Shown: positions 7,782 to 16,123 of the stretch, piece after piece
Layout: every line of letters starts with the position of its first letter
Position numbering within the stretch: the first letter of the stretch is position 1
Assembly: GCA_045106895.1 (NCBI GenBank)
Contig: JBGCFM010000206.1
Coordinates: forward strand, 1 to 16,509
Direction: 5' to 3'
Length of the DNA: 16,509 bases
Source of the DNA: Polyangiales bacterium
GTDB taxonomy: Bacteria; Myxococcota_A; Polyangia; Polyangiales; Houyiibacteriaceae
The notes under the pieces: model-generated
Told to the model about the DNA's origin: nothing
Seen by the model: only the letters and a program-made list of their open reading frames with translations
The model's database searches: none
Program-made: the position numbers and the translations under genes

Positions 7782-10718
7782 ATGTTCGAAAATCTAAACG
7801 GCGCTGACTTACTGCCATTCATCATTCTCTTTCCGTTTATCGGTGCCATCGCCAATGGCATCTTTGGAAAGACGGCGAATCGTCGCCTCGTCGGCTTCGC
7901 CGCCGTGGGTTCCGTCGTCGCGTCCTTCGTCTTCGCGCTCGTTGCTTTCATCAAGCTATACGAGGTCAAAGATTCGGGGGGAGAGGCGCTCTCCACCACG
8001 CTATGGGAGTGGTTCTCCATTAGCGTGCCGAACGGAGGCGGTGGCTTCCGCTCCGTGCCCATCGAGATTTCCTTTGTCTTCGACTCTTTGAGCGGCCTCA
8101 TGACCCTCGTGGTCACAGGCATCGGTTCACTGATTCACATCTACTCACTCGGGTACATGAGCGAAGAGAAGAGCTACTCGCGCTTCTTCACCTACCTCAA
8201 TCTCTTCACAGCCTCGATGTTGATCCTGGTCCTCGCCAGCAGCTTCCCTGTGATGTTCGTGGGCTGGGAAGGCGTCGGCCTCTGCTCCTACCTGCTCATC
8301 GGGTTCTGGTACGAGAACAAGGACTACGCTGCCGCCGGCCGCAAAGCGTTCATCGTCAACCGAATCGGTGACTTCGGTGTGCTTGTTGGCATGTTCATCT
8401 GCGTTCTTTACGCGGGCAGCTTCGAGTTCTCTCAGATCAACGCTGCCGCTCCGGAGATGACCGGCGAGTTCGCTCTCGGCGGATTCCCCATCGGCATGAC
8501 GGCTACCGTCGCTTGTCTCTTTCTGTTCTTGGGTTGCAGCGGCAAGAGCGCGCAGCTTCCACTCTTTGTGTGGCTTCCCGACGCGATGGCGGGCCCAACG
8601 CCTGTCTCGGCACTGATTCACGCCGCGACGATGGTCACGGCTGGCGTCTACCTTTGCTGTCGTCTCTCGCCCGTCTTCTTGGAGTCGCCTACGGCACTCA
8701 GCGTCATCGCCATCGTCGGCACCTGCACGGCGCTTCTCGCCGCGAGCGTCGCCGTGGTTCAGAAAGAGATGAAGCGAATCCTGGCCTACTCAACGGTCAG
8801 CCAGCTGGGATTCATGTTCGCCGCCGTCGGCGTCGGCGCGTTCAGCGCGGGCTTCTTCCACGTCTTCACACACGCCTTCTTCAAGGCATGCCTCTTCCTC
8901 GGTGCCGGCAGCGTTATGCACGCTGTCCACGCACACGGAGACGCCAACATCTTCAAGCTTGGCGGCCTCAAGAAGATCATGCCTTACACGCATGCAACCT
9001 TCCTCATCAGCTGCATCGCTATCTCTGGCTTCCCGCTGACGGCCGGCTTCTTCTCCAAGGATGAGATTCTCCTCGGCGCTACCACGGTGGCGATGAACGA
9101 GACCGGCATTCCTCAGTGGGTCGGCTGGTTTGTCGCCATCGGGCTCTTCCTCGCCGCGACGATGACGGCCTTCTACATGATGCGCCTCTACTACTTCACC
9201 TTCACCGGCACCTACCGCAGCACGGCTCCCGAAGGCGGAGAAGACGAGCACCACGACGAGCACGGCGAAGGCCACGACCACGGCTACAGCGTGACGCCCC
9301 ACGAGTCCGAGCGCTCAATGGTGTTCCCTCTTGTTGTGTTGAGCATCGGCGCAGCGTTCGGTGGTTTCTTGGCCATGCCCCACGCTTTCCATCTTCCCAA
9401 CTGGTGGGGTCACTGGATGGAGCCTTCCATCGCGCACCTCGCGGGCTTTGGACCATCGGACGAAGTCACGAACATGCTGCCCGTCTACATCGCGATGGGT
9501 CTCGGCATCGGCGCGATGGCTATCGGAATGCTCTCCGCCCGAGCGGCTTTCAAAGAGAAGGCTGAAGACACGACGACGACGAAGATCCCCAAGAAGGTCT
9601 ACAAGTTCCTCATGGACAAGTGGCGCGTCGACGAGTTCTACAACGCCGTTCTCATCAAGCCCATTCGCGGCCTCGCCGTCTTCCAGGGCCGCATCGACAA
9701 GAGCTTCATCGACGGACTCTTGACCGGCGCCACGGCCTTCGCCGTGAAGTCCCTCGGATGGCTCTCCACCCGCATTCAGGTCGGAGTCGTCCACGCCTAC
9801 GGCACAGCCATGGTCATCGGCCTGGCCTTCATCGCGTGGTGGTTCATGTATCCACACGCCAGCATCGAAGCGAATGCCGAAGGCACGAACGCGACCTTCG
9901 TCGCTGCCCGCGGACTCGGGTACGAGTACCGCTGGGACCTAGACAGTGACGGCGAGTTCGACTTCCCGTCGCAGCCTTCCAACGTCACAATCGACCTCAA
10001 GGATGACGCCACAGACGCGGAGATTCGCTCCGTCATCACGCAGGTTCGAGCCGCCATCGCGCCCGCCGAGATTCTCCCTCAGGACCGCTCTGCCCTGGGC
10101 CATCTCTACGACCGTGGTCACAAGGTCTACGTCATGTCGCCTCCCGCATCCGAGCTGGCAGACCTGCGGCTTGCCTTGGAGAACAGCGACACCGTCGAGA
10201 GCTTCCGCGTCGAAGCCACGGGAAGCGCGTATTCCACGGAGACGAACGCGGCGGTTGAGTACAACGACGAAGACATCGTCGGGTACCGCCTGTTTACAGG
10301 CGTCCTTCGCGGTCAGCCTCTTGAGTTCGAGCTTAGTGACGCTGCTGTGATTCTCGAAGACGACGTCCTCGGGCCTCGCTGGCAGGCAGACCCAGAAGGC
10401 GAGGGCGACCTCGTCGATGTGCCTCCAAGTTTCCGCGTCGTTGATGGCGAGGTTCGTTGCCGCCCGAACGGCGCGAGCGTCATCTTCCGGGGTCAGCCGC
10501 AGACTGAAGAGTTTGTGATGGTCGCGGGTGAGACGGCGAACATCGGACCGGTTCCCGTTCGACTCTCGGCCGTCATGGCCGCCACCGTGGAGGTCCGAAA
10601 CAGCTTCGGAAATCTCGACACCGAGCGCGTTGAGGTCGTCATCGACAACCTGCCCGCTGCTATCAACCCCCACGTGGCCGTCGCACCGACGAACAGCGCC
10701 GCGGAGGTCGGACAATGA
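7782..10718 (+). CDS. nuoL: NADH:quinone oxidoreductase subunit L with ~288-aa soluble C-terminal extension
   Basis: IHIYSLGYM, GWEGVGLCSYLLIGFW, KAFIVNRIGD, GKSAQLPLFVWLPDAMAGPTPVSALIHAATMVTAGVY, FHVFTHAFFKACLFLGAG, FFSKDEIL. The core ends near QVGVVHAYG...WWFMY (about residue 690) but the ORF continues uninterrupted to 978 aa. Confidence 0.97.
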   Translation: MFENLNGADLLPFIILFPFIGAIANGIFGKTANRRLVGFAAVGSVVASFVFALVAFIKLYEVKDSGGEALSTTLWEWFSISVPNGGGGFRSVPIEISFVFDSLSGLMTLVVTGIGSLIHIYSLGYMSEEKSYSRFFTYLNLFTASMLILVLASSFPVMFVGWEGVGLCSYLLIGFWYENKDYAAAGRKAFIVNRIGDFGVLVGMFICVLYAGSFEFSQINAAAPEMTGEFALGGFPIGMTATVACLFLFLGCSGKSAQLPLFVWLPDAMAGPTPVSALIHAATMVTAGVYLCCRLSPVFLESPTALSVIAIVGTCTALLAASVAVVQKEMKRILAYSTVSQLGFMFAAVGVGAFSAGFFHVFTHAFFKACLFLGAGSVMHAVHAHGDANIFKLGGLKKIMPYTHATFLISCIAISGFPLTAGFFSKDEILLGATTVAMNETGIPQWVGWFVAIGLFLAATMTAFYMMRLYYFTFTGTYRSTAPEGGEDEHHDEHGEGHDHGYSVTPHESERSMVFPLVVLSIGAAFGGFLAMPHAFHLPNWWGHWMEPSIAHLAGFGPSDEVTNMLPVYIAMGLGIGAMAIGMLSARAAFKEKAEDTTTTKIPKKVYKFLMDKWRVDEFYNAVLIKPIRGLAVFQGRIDKSFIDGLLTGATAFAVKSLGWLSTRIQVGVVHAYGTAMVIGLAFIAWWFMYPHASIEANAEGTNATFVAARGLGYEYRWDLDSDGEFDFPSQPSNVTIDLKDDATDAEIRSVITQVRAAIAPAEILPQDRSALGHLYDRGHKVYVMSPPASELADLRLALENSDTVESFRVEATGSAYSTETNAAVEYNDEDIVGYRLFTGVLRGQPLEFELSDAAVILEDDVLGPRWQADPEGEGDLVDVPPSFRVVDGEVRCRPNGASVIFRGQPQTEEFVMVAGETANIGPVPVRLSAVMAATVEVRNSFGNLDTERVEVVIDNLPAAINPHVAVAPTNSAAEVGQ

Positions 10719-12460
10719 ACCTTCTCTCTCTTCTTCTCGCCGTCCCCGCGATCGGCGCACTCGTCATCTTCTTCATGCCGCGCCAGTGGCCGAATGCGAT
10801 TCGTCGCACGGCGCTGACCTTCATGTTGTTCAACTTCGGGCTGAGCCTCTTTTTGCTGCCTGAGATGGTGGAGCTCTTCGTCGGAACCCGCCTTCCTTTC
10901 CTCGGTGACATCGACGCCGTCAACTACGCGGCGAGCGGTTTCCAGCTGGTTGAGAATCACGTCTGGGTCGAGAGCCTTGGCATCAGCTACAAGCTGGGCA
11001 TCGACGGCCTGAGCCTCTGGCTCGTTCTCCTCTCGACGCTGCTTTCGCCCATCGCGTTCTTCGCGTCTTGGACGAGCATCAATACAAAGATCAAAGAGTA
11101 CGCCATCAGCTTCCTTCTTTTGGAGCTGGGCATGCTGGGCGCCTTCTTCGCCCTCGACCTCTTCCTCTTCTACGTATTCTGGGAGCTCATGCTCGTTCCG
11201 ATGTATCTCATCATCGGAATTTGGGGCGGCAAGGACCGCGTCTACGCGGCGGTGAAGTTCTTCATCTACACGATGGTCGGAAGCCTTCTGATGCTCGTCG
11301 CCCTCCTTTGGGTGGTCAACTCGTACGAGAGCGTGACAGGCGTCTACACCTTCGACCTGGAGTTGCTCAGCAACCTGGTCATTCCCTTCGAGGAACAGCT
11401 CCTGCTCTTCTCGGCCTTTGCGTTGGCGTTCGCCATCAAGGTGCCGATGTTCCCCTTCCATACGTGGCTTCCAGATGCTCACGTTCAGGCGCCGACGGGA
11501 GGCTCGGTGATCCTCGCGGCGGTGCTCCTCAAGCTTGGCATCTACGGATTCCTCCGCTTCGCGATGCCGCTCTTTCCCCTCGCCAGTCAGTACATGGGCC
11601 CGACCATTGCGGTCGTTGGCATCATCGGCATCATCTACGGCGCCTTCTGCGCTTGGGTCCAGAAGGACCTCAAGAAGCTCGTCGCCTACAGCTCCGTGAG
11701 CCACATGGGTTTCATCGTCCTGGGCATGTTCGCCATGACGCCTCACGGTGTGAACGGCGCTCTCCTTCAGATGATCAACCACGGTGTCTCCACCGGCGCG
11801 CTCTTCATCCTCGTCGGCGTCATCTACGAACGGCGACACACACGTCAGCTCGACGAGTTCGGCGGACTTGCGAAGGTCATGCCTTGGTACGCTGTGCTCT
11901 TCATCGTCGTGACGATGAGCTCCATCGGACTCCCGGGAACGAACGGCTTCATCGGTGAGTTCATGATCATGAGCGGCGCTTTCTTGAGCACCGGTTTCAT
12001 CGGACTCGGCCAGTGGGGCGGCATCTTCACTGTCTTCGCTGCAACGGGCGTCATCCTCGCCGCCATCTACATGCTCCACGCCGTCTACAAGATGTTCTGG
12101 GGCCCTGTGGACAACGACGAGAACAAGGGGCTGGCGGACGTGAGCTGGCGAGAGTGGGCATCCCTCTCCCCGCTTCTTGTGCTCATCTTCTTCATCGGTT
12201 TCTTCCCGAACACGATCCTTGAGAAGTCCCAGCCTGCCGTCGACAACTTCATCATGGACTTCTCCCAGAAGTGGGAGACCAGCACACAAAGTGACCGACT
12301 TCGCGTCCTTGGCGCTCCCGCCCCTACGGAGGAGGCGGTAGCCGATGAAGCGGCGGACGAACCGAACCCCCATGCGCGCCTCGCGATTCCGGCGCAGCCT
12401 GAACTTAACTTTGCTCGGCCCGGCGAACAGCTCGCCATGGCCGAGAGGAGCGACCGATGA
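10715..12460 (+). CDS. nuoM: NADH:quinone oxidoreductase subunit M with acidic/Pro-rich C-terminal tail
   Basis: LGIDGLSL, FYVFWELMLVPMY, KVPMFPFHTWLPDAHVQAPT, KKLVAYSSVSHMG, GLPGTNGFIGEF. GGAGG RBS and ATGA overlap with the nuoL stop. Confidence 0.98.
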   Translation: MNLLSLLLAVPAIGALVIFFMPRQWPNAIRRTALTFMLFNFGLSLFLLPEMVELFVGTRLPFLGDIDAVNYAASGFQLVENHVWVESLGISYKLGIDGLSLWLVLLSTLLSPIAFFASWTSINTKIKEYAISFLLLELGMLGAFFALDLFLFYVFWELMLVPMYLIIGIWGGKDRVYAAVKFFIYTMVGSLLMLVALLWVVNSYESVTGVYTFDLELLSNLVIPFEEQLLLFSAFALAFAIKVPMFPFHTWLPDAHVQAPTGGSVILAAVLLKLGIYGFLRFAMPLFPLASQYMGPTIAVVGIIGIIYGAFCAWVQKDLKKLVAYSSVSHMGFIVLGMFAMTPHGVNGALLQMINHGVSTGALFILVGVIYERRHTRQLDEFGGLAKVMPWYAVLFIVVTMSSIGLPGTNGFIGEFMIMSGAFLSTGFIGLGQWGGIFTVFAATGVILAAIYMLHAVYKMFWGPVDNDENKGLADVSWREWASLSPLLVLIFFIGFFPNTILEKSQPAVDNFIMDFSQKWETSTQSDRLRVLGAPAPTEEAVADEAADEPNPHARLAIPAQPELNFARPGEQLAMAERSDR

Positions 12461-13938
12461 ACTGGCTTCCTTACGCCCCCCTCGGGCTTCTTGTCGTGAG
12501 CGGTTTGCTCATCATGCTCGCAGACGCGTTCTCCAAAGAGCGCGCTGAGCTAGCACTCCTTAGCGCTGTTTCCTTAGGCGCCGCGGGCGCGATCAGCCTC
12601 ACCGCGCTCATTCGCGGCGACGGTGGCCTCGCTGCACCCGAGTTTTTCGAGGCTTACCTGAGCGCCGACTCGGCGAGTCTCTTCTTCGACGTGGCCATCT
12701 GTGTGGGTGGTGCCCTCAGCGCACTTCTTGCGGGTGGATACCTCCGCGAGCACGGTCTCGAGCGTGGCGAGTTCTATCTCTTGCTCCTCTTCTCTGCGCT
12801 TGGCGCGATGATTTTGGCGCGGAGCATCGACATGCTCAGCCTCTTCATTGGACTTGAGACGATGTCCTTGGGCGTCTACGCGATGGCTGGGTTCCGACGT
12901 GGTAGTCCGCGTGCCGTCGAGAGCGCTGTGAAGTACTTCCTCCTCGGCAGCTTCGCGGCGGCGATTTTGCTCTTCGGCAGCGCGCTTGTCTACGCGGGCA
13001 CCGGACACACGAGCTTCGTCGGCATCGCCGAGGCCATCACGAGCGGCCAGGCCGAGGTTTCCCTCGTCCTTCTAGGCATGATCATGCTTGTGGTCGGTCT
13101 GGGCTTCAAGATTGGCGCCGTCCCGTTCCACATGTGGACACCCGACGCATACGAAGGTGCCGTCACGCCGGCCACGACGTTCATGTCCGTAGCCGTCAAG
13201 GCATCGGCGTTCGCCGTTTTCGTTCGAATCTGCATGATCGCCTTCGGCGGCGAAGTGACGACGAATATGGCGACGGGCTGGCCACCGGTGGTCGCTGCTC
13301 TCGCCGTTATCTCCATGATCTACGGCAACCTCGCTGCCGTGGCTCAGCAGAACATCAAGCGAATGCTCGCTTACTCGTCCATCGCTCATGCCGGGTACCT
13401 GCTGGTTGGACTCGCCGCGGCCTCCGTGGTGGGTGAAGAGGCGATCAGTGCCGTGTTCTTCTACTTGCTCGCCTACACCGTCAGCAACGTCCTTGCGTTT
13501 GGCTCGCTGATTCTTCTCGGCAGCCGAGGGCGCGAAGCGGTCACCTACGCGGACCTCGCCGGCGTTGGCCGGCGCCATCCTCTGGCGGCGCTGCCCTTCG
13601 TCCTTGGTGTGCTCACGCTCATGGGCTTCCCTCCGACGGCGGGCTTCTTCGGCAAGTACTACGTGTTCAACGCCGCGGTACACGCGGGCGGTGGCTTCGT
13701 ATGGCTCGCTGTCATCGGTGTCCTCGCGAGCGCTATCGGCGCCTACTACTACCTGCGCGTCGTCGTTTCGATGTTCATGAAGGAGCCCGAGCCCGGCGCG
13801 ACCCTCGCGGTCCCCATGAAGTCCGGCTACGTCTCCGCCGCTCTCATCATCGCTGGAGTCTTGGTTATTGACCTTGGTCTGATGCCTTCCAGCGCACTTG
13901 AGCTTGCCATTCAGGCCGCTGCTCAGCTTCTCGGATAG
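12457..13938 (+). CDS. nuoN: NADH:quinone oxidoreductase subunit N
   Basis: GEFYLLLL, ESAVKYFLLGS, FKIGAVPFHMWTPDAYEGA, NIKRMLAYSSIAHAGY, GFPPTAGFFGK, YYYLRVV. GAGGAG RBS and ATGA overlap. Confidence 0.98.
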   Translation: MNWLPYAPLGLLVVSGLLIMLADAFSKERAELALLSAVSLGAAGAISLTALIRGDGGLAAPEFFEAYLSADSASLFFDVAICVGGALSALLAGGYLREHGLERGEFYLLLLFSALGAMILARSIDMLSLFIGLETMSLGVYAMAGFRRGSPRAVESAVKYFLLGSFAAAILLFGSALVYAGTGHTSFVGIAEAITSGQAEVSLVLLGMIMLVVGLGFKIGAVPFHMWTPDAYEGAVTPATTFMSVAVKASAFAVFVRICMIAFGGEVTTNMATGWPPVVAALAVISMIYGNLAAVAQQNIKRMLAYSSIAHAGYLLVGLAAASVVGEEAISAVFFYLLAYTVSNVLAFGSLILLGSRGREAVTYADLAGVGRRHPLAALPFVLGVLTLMGFPPTAGFFGKYYVFNAAVHAGGGFVWLAVIGVLASAIGAYYYLRVVVSMFMKEPEPGATLAVPMKSGYVSAALIIAGVLVIDLGLMPSSALELAIQAAAQLLG

Positions 13939-13942
13939 CTCG

Positions 13943-14818
13943 ATGAAGGCAACTCACGTACTGCTTCTCCTTCTCGTCGGATGCTCGAGCTGCGACGAAG
14001 AGGTGACGCCGCGTGAGGAGCCTGATGAGAATCCGAATCCGGCCACGGAACCTGCTGCACGTGAATCTCACGTGGGAACGATTCGCGGCACGGTTCGACT
14101 CGCCGAGGGCGTGGAGCTTCCCGGCTATACGCTGGACGAGATCAACGGTCCCCAGGCGCTCGCGCCTTGGTCTGAGCACTGTGCCCCCGCGCGGAATGCG
14201 GACCACCATCCTGTGCAGATGGATGCGGCGCGCGGGCTGAGCAACGTGGTCATCTACGCGGGGAGCGATGACGAAGAGGCGTTTTTTGGTGCCTTGCCGG
14301 AGCCCGAGCCTCGGACCGTTCCACTGCGTATTGAAGACTGCCGGCTCACCCCACCAGTCCTTGCGCTGACCCGTGGAGACACCGTGGAGGTCACCCAAGC
14401 CACACCCGGCGAGGCCCTCTTGCCGGTTCTTGGGCCGAGCCACTTCATGGAGGTTCTTCCGGAAGGCCAGTCGCGTGAGTTTCCGCTGACGCAAGGAGGC
14501 ATCTTTGCGATGCACTGCGCGTTCGCTGCGCCATGCGCTCGCACGGATCTCGTCGTCCTCTACCACCAAGTTCACACGCTGAGCGGTGAAGGTGGCGCTT
14601 TTGAGCTGCAGGTTCCTGCAGACCAGGAGGTCGAGATCGTCGCGTGGCACCCGCTCTTTAGCTACGCCCGGGGCACGATTCGCGTCGACGAGAACGGCGA
14701 AGCCGAGCTTGATCTTGAGCTTGGTCCTCGGCCCGACCCCGCGGCTGCCAGCCCTGGAGCGACGGACCCGACGACGCCGCAGCCACCCGAAGAGGGTGAG
14801 CCGGCGGAGCTCTTCTAG
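13943..14818 (+). CDS. Lipoprotein with cupredoxin-like core flanked by carboxypeptidase-regulatory-like beta strands
   Basis: True start is likely the ATG at 13943, 4 nt after the nuoN stop. MKATHVLLLLLVG-C is a type II signal peptide with lipobox. Family-like pattern GTIRGTV...GLSNVVIY...DCRLTPPVL...GDTVEV...GAFELQVP...IVAWHP. Confidence 0.75.
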   Translation: MKATHVLLLLLVGCSSCDEEVTPREEPDENPNPATEPAARESHVGTIRGTVRLAEGVELPGYTLDEINGPQALAPWSEHCAPARNADHHPVQMDAARGLSNVVIYAGSDDEEAFFGALPEPEPRTVPLRIEDCRLTPPVLALTRGDTVEVTQATPGEALLPVLGPSHFMEVLPEGQSREFPLTQGGIFAMHCAFAAPCARTDLVVLYHQVHTLSGEGGAFELQVPADQEVEIVAWHPLFSYARGTIRVDENGEAELDLELGPRPDPAAASPGATDPTTPQPPEEGEPAELF

Positions 14819-14875
14819 CCACGCCGCTCGGATCTTCGCGCACACCCTCGCGCAAGAAATCGATAGAATGCCGTC

Positions 14876-16123
14876 GTGGCGACGGTCCGGATCGAAGTAG
14901 ACGGCGATGAGATGGATGTGTCCGCCGAGGACAGCGTCGCGGTAGCGTTGGTGCGTTCCGGTCGCTGGCTCCTTGGTCGAAGCGTGAAGTACCACCGTCC
15001 CCGCGGCCCGGTTTGCTTTCGTGAGCGCTGTGAAGGTTGCCTGATGCGGGTGGATGGTGTTCCGAACGTGATGACCTGCCGCAAACCAGTGCGGGCAGGG
15101 ATGAAGGTCGAGACGCAGAACGTCGTGGGGAGCGCAAGCTTCGACCTGCTCTCCATCACCGACTGGGCGTTTCCGAAGGGACTCGATCATCATCATATGT
15201 GGACTCGCTTCAAGCCCACGAACGACCTGATGAAGAAGATCGCTCGGCGTGTCGCAGGGGTCGGGACGCTCCCGGACAAAGCGCTGCCGCCACAGGAAGT
15301 TGAGGCGCTTCGCGTCGATGTCGTTGTGGTCGGCGCTGGATATGCAGGCGTGGCTGCGGCAAACGAAGTCGCTCGATGTGGTGCCTCCGTCCTCCTCGTC
15401 GATGAAGCGCGAGCTCGCGGCGGTGAAGCTCGTCTGCTCTCGGCGGCGGGCCTGGAAATTGAAGACGAAGAGCGCATACGTCTCAGTCCTCCCGTTGCAT
15501 ACCGGCGAAAGACCACGGCGCTCGGCGTGTACCGAGAGCGCGCGAACGGCGAGAGCTTGGATGGAGGGATCGTACTCATTCACAGTGCCGCAGGATTGTG
15601 CGCCGTGGAGTGCAGCAAACTGATCGTGGCGAGCGGAGTGACCGGCGAGGCCGTGGCGTTTCCGGGGAACGACCTCCCCGGAGTGATCACGGCGACGGGC
15701 GCACTGGTGCTGCTGAGCCGCGGCGTACAAGCGGAGCGCGTTGGTCTCGTTGGTGACGGACCGCTATTGGGCGCGCTCGCCGGACGGCTTCGCAGACTCG
15801 GCGTGCAATGCCACGGTCCATTCCCTGGCTCTCAAGTCCAGGCACACGGCAAGAACAAGGTGGAGACACTACGCGTTGGTGAAGACGAGCATCGCGTGGA
15901 TTGGGTCGTCGCGGGTGCCCCGCCTTCCGCCGCGGGTGAGTTGGCGGTTCAGGGCGGCGCGACGATGACGTGGAGCGACGGGGGGTTCTTCGTCGACGCG
16001 GCCGACGACGGGAGCACGAAGTCGCCTTTCATCTTCGCCATTGGATCCTGCACGAACAGGCGCGGTGAAGCCGCGCTCGCACAAGCCCTCGCCGCCGCTC
16101 GCCTCGCGACGAGGTCCATGTGA
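14876..16123 (+). CDS. [2Fe-2S]-domain plus FAD/NAD(P)-binding oxidoreductase; sarcosine oxidase alpha N-terminal / HcnA+HcnB / proline dehydrogenase alpha-like
   Basis: SoxA-like RSVKYHRPRG followed by C-x4-C-x2-C-x12-C; Rossmann motif DVVVVGAGYAG...LLVDE; LIVASG...FPGNDLPGV; IFAIGS. No C-terminal folate-binding (GcvT-like) domain. Confidence 0.85.
   Translation: MATVRIEVDGDEMDVSAEDSVAVALVRSGRWLLGRSVKYHRPRGPVCFRERCEGCLMRVDGVPNVMTCRKPVRAGMKVETQNVVGSASFDLLSITDWAFPKGLDHHHMWTRFKPTNDLMKKIARRVAGVGTLPDKALPPQEVEALRVDVVVVGAGYAGVAAANEVARCGASVLLVDEARARGGEARLLSAAGLEIEDEERIRLSPPVAYRRKTTALGVYRERANGESLDGGIVLIHSAAGLCAVECSKLIVASGVTGEAVAFPGNDLPGVITATGALVLLSRGVQAERVGLVGDGPLLGALAGRLRRLGVQCHGPFPGSQVQAHGKNKVETLRVGEDEHRVDWVVAGAPPSAAGELAVQGGATMTWSDGGFFVDAADDGSTKSPFIFAIGSCTNRRGEAALAQALAAARLATRSM

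Noticed and set aside
9231..9284. His/acidic loop in NuoL (EGGEDEHHDEHGEGHDHG)
   Set aside because: His-rich loops before the PHES motif are common in bacterial NuoL, so this is not novel.
10493..12373. 626-aa minus-strand ORF
   Set aside because: It lies antisense to the clearly genuine nuoL and nuoM. Long shadow ORFs are expected opposite GC-rich, codon-biased membrane-protein genes, and it has no recognisable motifs.
7782..13938. Mrp Na+/H+ antiporter or hydrogenase membrane arm interpretation
   Set aside because: The motifs and the J-K-L-M-N order together with nuoEF identify complex I subunits. No MrpE/F/G or hydrogenase genes are present.
13898..13942. Longer start for the lipoprotein given in the ORF track
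   Set aside because: It overlaps the nuoN 3' end. The ATG at 13943 gives a canonical signal peptide and lipobox.
13865..15730. 621-aa minus-strand ORF
   Set aside because: Antisense to the lipoprotein and oxidoreductase genes, Arg-rich shadow composition, no domain signatures.
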